Of a stretch of DNA of 35,497 nucleotides, positions 18,287-26,244 are shown piece by piece (the stretch's first letter is position 1; the number at the start of each line of letters is the position of its first letter). The stretch is from an uncultured Methanosarcinales archaeon (GTDB taxonomy: Archaea; Nanobdellota; Nanobdellia; Woesearchaeales; CAZYIM01). The DNA is taken from the NCBI GenBank assembly GCA_964647565.1, contig CAZYIM010000031.1, forward strand, positions 1 through 35,497, read 5' to 3'. A program made the position numbers and the translations under genes. A model generated the notes under the pieces. The model worked only from the letters and a program-made list of their open reading frames with translations. It was not told the origin of the DNA and made no database searches.

Positions 18287-18643
18287 TTATTTACCTCCGA
18301 GTTTTCTCTGCAAGCGAGGTCCCAGCAAGCTTTGCTTACTCTGGACCCTCGCACAGCATTCTGAGCAGCAATATTTTTTTGTGTGTTTGTCAACAAGTTT
18401 CATTAAAGGAAGAATAGTCTCTTTATTCAGGGAATATATCCTTTTCTTACCATCTTGCTTGACATCAAGGAAATGACAGTCAGTCAGCTTCTTTAGATTG
18501 TGTGATATTTTACTCTGCTCCTCGTCAAGCCTTTCACAAATATCACTGACACAAAGCGATTCTGCCATCAACAGTTCAAGTATCCTTACCCGTATCTTCG
18601 AAGCCATGACTTCAAAAAATACGTTATATGAAACACACCTCAT
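18287..18643 (-). CDS. ArsR/SmtB family regulator heading the iscSU operon
   Basis: RVRILELL...CVSDIC....EEQSKISHNLKKL...KKRIYSLN; Cys-rich tail. Confidence 0.9.
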   Translation of the reverse strand: MRCVSYNVFFEVMASKIRVRILELLMAESLCVSDICERLDEEQSKISHNLKKLTDCHFLDVKQDGKKRIYSLNKETILPLMKLVDKHTKKYCCSECCARVQSKQSLLGPRLQRKLGGK

Positions 18644-18673
18644 ATGATGTAGGATTCATATGTTATTTATAAA
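18641..18673 (-). promoter_or_regulatory. Leaderless promoter and ArsR-type inverted-repeat operator
   Basis: CATATGA-N8-TCATATG (18641-18662) overlaps the start codon; TTTATAAA at 18666-18673. Confidence 0.7.
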
Positions 18674-18733
18674 GTTTTCTATTGCGGAGCAAGAGAAAAC
18701 TCAAGGAACGACAGTGACAGAGCCTATTAAGAA

Positions 18734-18997
18734 CTATTTGATGCTCATCCTGCAGGCCTGCACCCTCTCTCCTCTGCAACCAGGACACTTGCTGGGCGTC
18801 TTGATCTTGCTCCTTTCCTTAAAGACAAAACCGCAGACTAAACAGACAGCAGGATCAATTTTAATCTTATTCGATATTCTAATATGATCAATATCTTCAA
18901 GAATATCTGCAAGAGTGGTCTTATATTGATTAGCAATTTCCTGGGCAGAAATAGGCCCATCTTTTAGCATTAGTTCGATCTCTTCTCTTCTCGTCAT
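18734..18997 (-). CDS. HTH + Zn-ribbon transcriptional regulator (COG3357)
   Basis: MTRREEI...DIDHI...PAVCLVCGFVF...PSKCPGCRGE. Confidence 0.88.
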   Translation of the reverse strand: MTRREEIELMLKDGPISAQEIANQYKTTLADILEDIDHIRISNKIKIDPAVCLVCGFVFKERSKIKTPSKCPGCRGERVQACRMSIK

Positions 18998-19000
18998 TTT

Positions 19001-19645
19001 TTAAGAAAATAGTGCAGTACCAATACGGATCATGTTTGAGCCCTCTTCAAGAGCCACCTTGTAATCATTAGACATACCCATGCTCAAATATTTCATCTCT
19101 ACATTAGAGATGCTTTCCACTTTTATCTTGTCAAATATAGATTTCATTCGTTTAAAATATTGACGAGTTTCTTCAGGCTCTACAAAGGGCGCCATACACA
19201 TTAAACCCAAAACCTTAATATTTTTCAGATGCGCAATATTTTCGATAAAAGAAAGCACATCATCAGGAGATACACCATATTTCTGGGGTTCTTCTCCAAT
19301 ATTCACCTCAACGAGAATAGACATGACCTTACCAACATTCCTTGAACGTTTGTCAATCTCCCTAGCAAGCTTCTCAGAATCAACACTTTGAATCATATCA
19401 AATATCTCGACCACTTTTTTTACCTTGTTTGTCTGAAGGTGACCAATCATATGCCATTTGACAGAACTTCCAATATGAGGATATTTTTCCAAAGCTTCAT
19501 GAATCCTGTTCTCGCCAATATCACTAACACCCAGAAAGATAGCCTGATTTATCTCTTTTAGAGATCTCGTCTTGGTAACTACCACCAACTTAGCTCTATC
19601 ATTAATCTGCCTTTTCAACTCAGCCAAGTTATTATCAATGCCCAT
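19001..19645 (-). CDS. yggS: PLP homeostasis protein YggS
   Basis: VVVTKT, IGENRIHE, WHMIGHLQTNKVK, LSMGMSNDY, IRIGTALF; start at ATG 19645 or TTG 19651. Confidence 0.95.
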   Translation of the reverse strand: MGIDNNLAELKRQINDRAKLVVVTKTRSLKEINQAIFLGVSDIGENRIHEALEKYPHIGSSVKWHMIGHLQTNKVKKVVEIFDMIQSVDSEKLAREIDKRSRNVGKVMSILVEVNIGEEPQKYGVSPDDVLSFIENIAHLKNIKVLGLMCMAPFVEPEETRQYFKRMKSIFDKIKVESISNVEMKYLSMGMSNDYKVALEEGSNMIRIGTALFS

Positions 19646-19659
19646 TTTCAAGAAGAATT

Positions 19660-20265
19660 TTAGAATGTTTTTGTATTTTTCGGTCGAGAATATTGATCAT
19701 GTGAAAACCCATTTTTTTTAAAGATTTGCGCGATATCCTCTTTAAGTCTTGAAGTGTCAGGGCCATTATTTTTAATACCAAATGAAATAATTGCGGAATT
19801 AGAAGCTCCTGCAATATAAAACTCCAATAAAGAATCATGAAGCTTGAATTTCAATTCAACTATATATCCAAGATAAGGCTGCTTGTTATAGTTCAGAACA
19901 GCAGAAACAGAATACGGTCTTTGCGTGATAGCAAGATTCTTCTCATCTAAAGGTCGTAAATAAAGCAGGCCGTTTTCATATAGGGATTTCACACTCTTTT
20001 TTAGCCTCTGGCTCTTTTGACTGTTCTTTTTAACTTCAAGTTCAGTCAGACAGCCGGTTATATAATTAAGTTTTACTCTTTCACGAAGATTTTCAAGCTG
20101 TAGTTCTTCATGATTGTATTCATAGAACAATTTAAGGCTATCAACAACAGCATCTAGAAAACTTTCAAAAGTCTTATCTGTCTGGCAATAAAGCAGTTCC
20201 TCTAAAGAACTCCCCTCTTCAACAAATTTTATTTTTTTAAGATGGATTTCGCAAAGATAACTGAT
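19660..20265 (-). CDS. Hypothetical protein, start uncertain (ATC 20265 or TTG 20130)
   Basis: Frame is open upstream of 20130 to the preceding gene's stop; GGGGGGA lies 5 nt before ATC 20265. Confidence 0.55.
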   Translation of the reverse strand: MSYLCEIHLKKIKFVEEGSSLEELLYCQTDKTFESFLDAVVDSLKLFYEYNHEELQLENLRERVKLNYITGCLTELEVKKNSQKSQRLKKSVKSLYENGLLYLRPLDEKNLAITQRPYSVSAVLNYNKQPYLGYIVELKFKLHDSLLEFYIAGASNSAIISFGIKNNGPDTSRLKEDIAQIFKKNGFSHDQYSRPKNTKTF

Positions 20266-20331
20266 TAAAATCCCCCCATTATGATTAAAAAAAGGGAGTT
20301 CATTTTTATTTTTTACGAAAAAAAAGAAAAA

Positions 20332-21033
20332 TCAACGTTTTCTGTTTAGGTTCACTGCAGGAGTTTGTGCCTGATATTTCCTTTCAGAAGGTAAATATTT
20401 CCTCAATGACTTGGTCTTATCAGCCTCCATGATTTTTACACTTTCCCTAAAATCCTCCAGCAGTTCTGGCTCAACATTCGATTCAACCAAATCATACATT
20501 TTCTTGGAAAGATAAAGAGGATTCCACGAGGAAGGAAGATCATCTTTTCGAAGCCGTTTAGGATCTCTTTTCTGAATGTTAAACTCGCCACCAGGACTCT
20601 GTTTACCTACACTGTTCAGCCAAAGATAAATGTCTACATAAGTATCTTCATTTTTTGAGTGGTAGAATATATCAGAAAGCGCCCAAATATAATCATCCCC
20701 GTCCCAAAGAGAAGCCTCAAGACCATAATCTCCGGGAGGCACAAACTTAAACCAAAAATTGATAGGATTGTAGTCTATAGTCTTATAGTAACCGACAATG
20801 TCCCCAGGTTCAAAGCCATACATATTATCTTCAAACGTCAGGATCACTTCAATATCTTCGTCAGTATAGTCGTCTGTCCCAAATTCCCCATCCCGTTCAT
20901 ATTCTGCGTTACCTAATACATGCGGATAGGTTTCATAGACATATTCAACTACAGTGTTTTCCCTCACACAGCCAGGTACTGTAAGCATACCTGCAACCAA
21001 CAGCCATTTTGTTAAACGTCCCAAAGATTTCAT
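20332..21033 (-). CDS. Putative lipoprotein, hypothetical
   Basis: MKSLGRLTKWLLVAGMLTVPGC signal/lipobox; acidic, aromatic beta-rich domain; SD GGGGTGA. Confidence 0.75.
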   Translation of the reverse strand: MKSLGRLTKWLLVAGMLTVPGCVRENTVVEYVYETYPHVLGNAEYERDGEFGTDDYTDEDIEVILTFEDNMYGFEPGDIVGYYKTIDYNPINFWFKFVPPGDYGLEASLWDGDDYIWALSDIFYHSKNEDTYVDIYLWLNSVGKQSPGGEFNIQKRDPKRLRKDDLPSSWNPLYLSKKMYDLVESNVEPELLEDFRESVKIMEADKTKSLRKYLPSERKYQAQTPAVNLNRKR

Positions 21034-21066
21034 GCTTTCACCCCTATTTTTAACCAGGAATTGTAT

Positions 21067-21136
21067 TATTTATATTTTTGCAATAGTGTGGGCAATATTG
21101 TCCCAGAATAGGGACACTATTGATAAAATTTAAATA
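21067..21136. promoter_or_regulatory. Divergent promoter pair with nested inverted repeats and CTATTG boxes
   Basis: (-) CTATTG CAAAAA TATAAATA at 21067-21086; (+) CTATTG ATAAAA TTTAAATA at 21117-21136; internal IR caatattgtccc/gggacactattg. Confidence 0.7.
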
Positions 21137-21168
21137 GTTTCTGAAGCTATTTATAGAGGGTGAAAAAA

Positions 21169-22953
21169 ATGGATGGCCATGCTTTGGGGAACAAATTAGG
21201 TAATATTCTGAAAAGAGGAGTTCTTTGGGCAGCAACAACTGTTTTTTGTTTATCTACAATGAGCTGCTATACACAGGTTGCAGTACCTTATGCAAAAAGA
21301 CGACCTGTCGAAAGAGTAATACAAGAAAAAGAGACTGATGTGCAGACTCTTATGGAACAAGAGTATACAACAGAAGATGCACGCTCTTTTACAGCCTATG
21401 TAACTAAAGCTGATGATCCGAACAATCCTGATCTGGAGTTCAGGATGAGGTACAATGCAGAAGGCGAAAATGACAAGAGACTTTATGATATTGTTGTCAA
21501 AGAAAAGGCTGATGATTCAAATGAGAAAAATCTCGAACGCGTCGGACAGATGTTAGACATTGGCGACCTGGTCTATGTAAGAGGTGAGTACACCAAGACA
21601 GGAGAATACTCTGATGATGTAGGACCTGTTGAAATAGGATTCATGGATCCATTCTATGTTGGAGAGGTTGATGCCCAAACAGGCCAAACAACACCAATTT
21701 TTACTGAGAGCCAAGCATCCAAACTTTATGCCCTTGAAGACGAACATCTAGTCGAGTATCTGTTATGGGAACCTTCAGGAGTTATTATTGATCTTGATTT
21801 GAATTGGAGATACTATCCCAGTTATTTTGATTGGAATCCCAGCTGGGACTGGGATGGTGACGGCATAATGAACTGGAGAGATCCCTGGCCTCATAGCTTC
21901 GGTCCCTATGTGGACACCAATCATAATGGCAGGATTGATGCCTGGGATATCAGGGCAGGAGGTTCCTGGGGATGGTACGGCTGGTATTGGCAGGACTTTT
22001 ATCATCATGATATGTGGTGGCACATGCATGATCATATGTATGGGTATGGAGGCTGGAATCATTACTGGTCAAGACCCATAATTGTATATGACACTCATCA
22101 TCACCACAAAAACCATAAGAGAGATTTTACCAGGCATCAAAAAAGGTTCTTGGATATTGAAAGGAGAGGTCGTAGAGGCGGCGAAGCTCCAGGTCTAAGA
22201 AGACCCACAGGGCTAAAAGACAGATATGCCAATGTCAGACCTGACAACAGGAGAATAAGAAAGGATTACTACAAGAAAACCCTGAGCGGCGAGTATAGCC
22301 AAGATAGGCGCAGAACTGCAACAAGATTATTGACACCAGTTAAAAAGGATGTTGCGAGAGAAAGGGCAAGAACCTTAGAAAACAGGTTTGGAAGCCGAAG
22401 CTCTGAAGTAACTAGGAATAAAAGAGTGCGTTCTGGTAGTCAGGACAGAGGCTATGAAGGAAACAGAAGCACACAACAAGGAACTCGAAGTAGAAGTAGC
22501 AGCGGATCAAGTAGAGTGGGTAAAAGTCAATCAGGAAGCAGTAATAGAGGCAGCTCAACTAGAGGCCGTTCTGGTAGCAGTAGCAGGTCTAAGGGGAGTT
22601 CTGGAAGCAGAACAAGAAAAAAAGATAGTCAAGACTTATCTATGGATCGCATTATTCAGTCCAGCCCAAGACAAGTTCAACCCAGGCAACCCAAACGAAC
22701 GACAACAAAACAATATCAACCTAAAATAAAGCAGAACTCTCGAGCCAGGAACTATTCATCACCTAAAACGTCCACACCCAAATCAACCTATAAGCCAAGA
22801 ACTCAATCAAGAAGCAGTTCTGGCTCTAGCAGCAGGGTAAGCAGAAGCAGCGGGTCAAGTTCGCGTGGTAGCAGTGTTTCCAAAAGTAGTGGATCTCGCT
22901 CGCGTTCAAGCTCCAGCAAAAAATCAAGTGGTTCAAGAACAAGAAAAAAATAA
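21169..22953 (+). CDS. Lipoprotein with Ca-binding-like loops, a Trp/His/Tyr-rich segment and a long duplicated Ser/Arg/Gly tail
   Basis: TMSCYTQ lipobox; DWDGDGIMNWRDPWP and DTNHNGRIDAWD; two SSGSRTRKK-ending blocks. Start at ATG 21169 (SD GGGTGA) or GTG 21160. Confidence 0.8.
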   Translation: MDGHALGNKLGNILKRGVLWAATTVFCLSTMSCYTQVAVPYAKRRPVERVIQEKETDVQTLMEQEYTTEDARSFTAYVTKADDPNNPDLEFRMRYNAEGENDKRLYDIVVKEKADDSNEKNLERVGQMLDIGDLVYVRGEYTKTGEYSDDVGPVEIGFMDPFYVGEVDAQTGQTTPIFTESQASKLYALEDEHLVEYLLWEPSGVIIDLDLNWRYYPSYFDWNPSWDWDGDGIMNWRDPWPHSFGPYVDTNHNGRIDAWDIRAGGSWGWYGWYWQDFYHHDMWWHMHDHMYGYGGWNHYWSRPIIVYDTHHHHKNHKRDFTRHQKRFLDIERRGRRGGEAPGLRRPTGLKDRYANVRPDNRRIRKDYYKKTLSGEYSQDRRRTATRLLTPVKKDVARERARTLENRFGSRSSEVTRNKRVRSGSQDRGYEGNRSTQQGTRSRSSSGSSRVGKSQSGSSNRGSSTRGRSGSSSRSKGSSGSRTRKKDSQDLSMDRIIQSSPRQVQPRQPKRTTTKQYQPKIKQNSRARNYSSPKTSTPKSTYKPRTQSRSSSGSSSRVSRSSGSSSRGSSVSKSSGSRSRSSSSKKSSGSRTRKK

Positions 22954-22957
22954 ATAA

Positions 22958-25858
22958 CTAGTTCCAAGGAATATATTTTTCAACGAGCTCCTTCTGGAGT
23001 TCAGTTTTTCTCTTAAATTCAGGTACATACTCCAATAAAGTTTTCTCACTGACTAAAGTTATGTCATAGAAATCATCATAAAATTCGTTGTTAGAACCTT
23101 TGAATTTCATATATCCCTTTGCACTTGGGCTAATGCCTATTTGATCAACAAAAGGACTGGTAGATTGATTTCCGGGAGGCATCACATACCATCTCTTGCC
23201 TGATTTAGCAAAGTTAGGCCTGTGAGTATCAAAAGCAACAACACCTTTTGCAGGCGACCTCATGGCATTGACCTGATCAATAGTTGGACCTAACTCATCA
23301 TCCTTTCTGGCTTTTGTCTTATGAGCAGTATATATTATCATATTATTAGGCATCCTGACATGACCACTTCCATAATCCTCGCCAGGAGCTGCAATAGGTA
23401 TGATCTGCTCACTGACCTCAGTGGGCATAAGAGATTTGAAATCAATTGCCTCATCAAGAAGACCAAATGTGGTCCTGCCATAATGGTTGCCACTAGGATA
23501 TACCACCAAGTTACTGTTGGATTGTAAAATTTCCTTTATGAAAGGTTCTACCAGTCTCTTGAAGTTCACTTTCTGCTGACTGACAGAAGGAACAGTACCA
23601 AGACCAGTCTGCATGCTGGTTAGTTCGGCCAATAATTCAATCCTCTTCTCATTATCAATTGTATTATCAGTCTTTATCCTTTCGATAGCAGTATCAACTT
23701 GATACGAAAGCAACTGATAATTCACCCTATCACTGGCAAAGGACCTTATTGAACCATGCAACCACTCGCTTAAGAAGAACCAATGAGGAGTCTGATTAAG
23801 ATCCTCTTTATTGTCTTGAAGTATGTGGGACATAATTGCCTTGGCACCATCAGAAGAGGATGGTCTGCCTGGAAATGTAAATGATCCGAGGTGAGTATCT
23901 CCTGCAGCAATTATTGTATACAAATCATCCAACTCAAGCATTTTTTTATATCGAGCAATCTCATTTTTCAGGAATTTTCGGCGCGTTTTACCCAGATTTT
24001 TATTAGAAAGTCTTTTAGTATATAGATCCATTTTCTTAACATAAAGACCAATCCTGGATAAGTTTTTAGTGCTCAATCCAAATGTTCTAGGCTTTCCCTC
24101 AGGAGACAACATCTCGAAAACAACTCCTTGTTCCTGTGGTGAATCTGCATATCTCTTAAGATGATCAACCCTAGTCAACCGGTTCCTAAGACCATACTCG
24201 AGTTTTCTTGCAGAATAAAATGTGGGAAGCGTCATAGTTATTTCAAGCTCATCAGGTTCTTGCCTGTATTCACCAAGAATAGTATTCTCACGTTCAAGAA
24301 GATCAAATTTCACCTTTAAAGGCTCTTTGCTATGGGCACTTACATTAAGGTTGCTAAGCTGTCTATCTCTTTCATTATCCAAAGCCAATCGTTTCCTTAG
24401 AAGTCTAATGACATTCTTTCTGGGTGCATAAGAAAAGATATTCGGATTATATTCAATCCTGACTGAAAATCCATTGATAGTAATATCTTTCCTTGCCTCA
24501 GAATGAACCCTAAAGTCATATTTTTCCCCAATTGGTGCGAGATAGGTATCATAATACTCCTTGCTGACCATATGCCAAACCATCACTTCTTCGTCAGGAC
24601 TTATCTGGATCCTTCTTGTGAACTTAAAGAACTGAGATGCTTCGGCCTGCCTTTTGGCTGCCAGTATCTTGTCATTGTAACTCTTAAGATCTCTATCTGT
24701 TACCTGAGCTTTATCTTCAATCTTCTTTCGTTCTGTCTCTGCTTTTTTAATCACCTTCTCAAGCTTGCCAAGACCTTTTTCAGTTGTCTTAACACTGTCC
24801 CGTATTTGCCTAAAAAAGTTTCTAAGCTCTGAACCTCCAGCTCCCAATTCCTGAAATTTTTCTTTTTGACCTTTAAGTACAGAACCATTAATAAACATAT
24901 TAAAGTCCATCTTGGCAGGATCGTCATAGCTTATATACTCATCCATCATCTGTATTATTGTGTTAAGCAAGTCCACTTTTTTTCTGATTAATTCTGACTT
25001 GATTTCATATTCAGAAAGATTATTAGTTAACTTCTCAATTTTTTCTTCTGTTCTCTGAACGAACCTACTTCTTTCTTGCAAATCAGTTATTTTCATCTCA
25101 TGCAACTGGATCATGTTCTCAACATCCTCATTTCCAGCAAATAAATGCACTGGCTGTTTATAATCATCGCCCAGTATGGTTTCAATGCAAACCTTGGCTG
25201 TTGAGGCTGCTTCAGACTTGGTAAGAATTTTTTTATAGGCATGCTTTTGGTAGAATTCAATAACACTTGGATGAATATCTGAGTCCTTAAGCTCTTTTAG
25301 CTTCCTCTTTCTCTCACCCATGTCCTCTATATCTCCAAGATTCTTACCCAACACTCTCATATAATCCGAGGCGCGTTTAGTATAAAACTCCGGAACAAAA
25401 GGAATTGCACCTCCTACAAACATAGAACCATCTAAAGCATCGATTAGAGGTTTTCCCTGGTATTTGTTATTGTAAAGAAAATAGTTCAATCCGACCAAAG
25501 CCCTATGATCAACAAAAATAGTGCCCCAGCCAAGAGAACCAAGCCACATCAACAAGGTCTCTTTTTTTTCCGGTTTGGGAATATGTTCCTTGAGTTTAGG
25601 GTTATAGATAGGATCTATTCCAAAGCCCATTCTACCAGTTTGGATTGACTCAGTAGAGTCTATTGAAACCCCAATTTTCCCCAGTTTTTTCTCAAGAGAG
25701 CGGATTCTACCCCTCATATGATTCAGTATATTCACACCTTTACTCTTAAGCTCTAATTTATTATAGAGCTCAGGGTATGAAAAGTATTTATCAGGATCAT
25801 GGTATCCTGAGCGGGTAAGAACTCGAATTAGGTCTAATTCCTTCTCTGTAAATTCCAC
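22958..25858 (-). CDS. Large protein with tandem calcineurin-like metallophosphoesterase domains and a coiled-coil insert
   Basis: C-terminal GDTHLGS, SEWLHG, SGNHY, TAHK, FDTH motifs; degenerate N-terminal copy GSLGWGT, GGAIP, AGNED, SAHS; heptad-rich insert. GTG 25858 follows SD GAGGTG (track start 25867). Confidence 0.75.
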   Translation of the reverse strand: MEFTEKELDLIRVLTRSGYHDPDKYFSYPELYNKLELKSKGVNILNHMRGRIRSLEKKLGKIGVSIDSTESIQTGRMGFGIDPIYNPKLKEHIPKPEKKETLLMWLGSLGWGTIFVDHRALVGLNYFLYNNKYQGKPLIDALDGSMFVGGAIPFVPEFYTKRASDYMRVLGKNLGDIEDMGERKRKLKELKDSDIHPSVIEFYQKHAYKKILTKSEAASTAKVCIETILGDDYKQPVHLFAGNEDVENMIQLHEMKITDLQERSRFVQRTEEKIEKLTNNLSEYEIKSELIRKKVDLLNTIIQMMDEYISYDDPAKMDFNMFINGSVLKGQKEKFQELGAGGSELRNFFRQIRDSVKTTEKGLGKLEKVIKKAETERKKIEDKAQVTDRDLKSYNDKILAAKRQAEASQFFKFTRRIQISPDEEVMVWHMVSKEYYDTYLAPIGEKYDFRVHSEARKDITINGFSVRIEYNPNIFSYAPRKNVIRLLRKRLALDNERDRQLSNLNVSAHSKEPLKVKFDLLERENTILGEYRQEPDELEITMTLPTFYSARKLEYGLRNRLTRVDHLKRYADSPQEQGVVFEMLSPEGKPRTFGLSTKNLSRIGLYVKKMDLYTKRLSNKNLGKTRRKFLKNEIARYKKMLELDDLYTIIAAGDTHLGSFTFPGRPSSSDGAKAIMSHILQDNKEDLNQTPHWFFLSEWLHGSIRSFASDRVNYQLLSYQVDTAIERIKTDNTIDNEKRIELLAELTSMQTGLGTVPSVSQQKVNFKRLVEPFIKEILQSNSNLVVYPSGNHYGRTTFGLLDEAIDFKSLMPTEVSEQIIPIAAPGEDYGSGHVRMPNNMIIYTAHKTKARKDDELGPTIDQVNAMRSPAKGVVAFDTHRPNFAKSGKRWYVMPPGNQSTSPFVDQIGISPSAKGYMKFKGSNNEFYDDFYDITLVSEKTLLEYVPEFKRKTELQKELVEKYIPWN

Positions 25859-25987
25859 GGCAACCACCTCACCAAAGATATAAAATCTTGAATATATAGA
25901 TTTTCGGGTTGTGAATATTTAAGCTTTTAGGTAGTAAAAGAATTGGTTAGAAAACTAGCTGTTACAAAATATATATTAAAGAACAAT

Positions 25988-26233
25988 TTACTTTTCTTTC
26001 TTATTAATCGCAACATTAATATCCTTCACAAGCGTGTCTGCATTGACGCCATGAACTTCTGCACCTTGTTCAATAGTTTCCCAAGCGGCAACATGACACC
26101 CTATGCAATGAAGACCATGCTTAAACATAACCTCTGCAGACTCAGGGAATTTCTGAACAACATCCCCCAAAGTCATATCTTTTGTGACAGGTCCTTTTGA
26201 CTTTTCTGCTTTCTTTGTTGTTTTCTTAGCCAT
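25988..26233 (-). CDS. DUF1858 / hybrid-cluster-protein-associated redox disulfide domain protein
   Basis: VTKDMTLGDVVQKFPE...GLHCIGCHVAAWETIEQGAEVHG. Confidence 0.9.
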   Translation of the reverse strand: MAKKTTKKAEKSKGPVTKDMTLGDVVQKFPESAEVMFKHGLHCIGCHVAAWETIEQGAEVHGVNADTLVKDINVAINKKEK

Positions 26234-26244
26234 AATATCCCTCG

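Noticed and set aside
22958..25867. SMC/Rad50 or PolD DP1 assignment
   Set aside because: No Walker A/B or signature motif, no evident OB fold, and the DP1 motifs are only loosely matched
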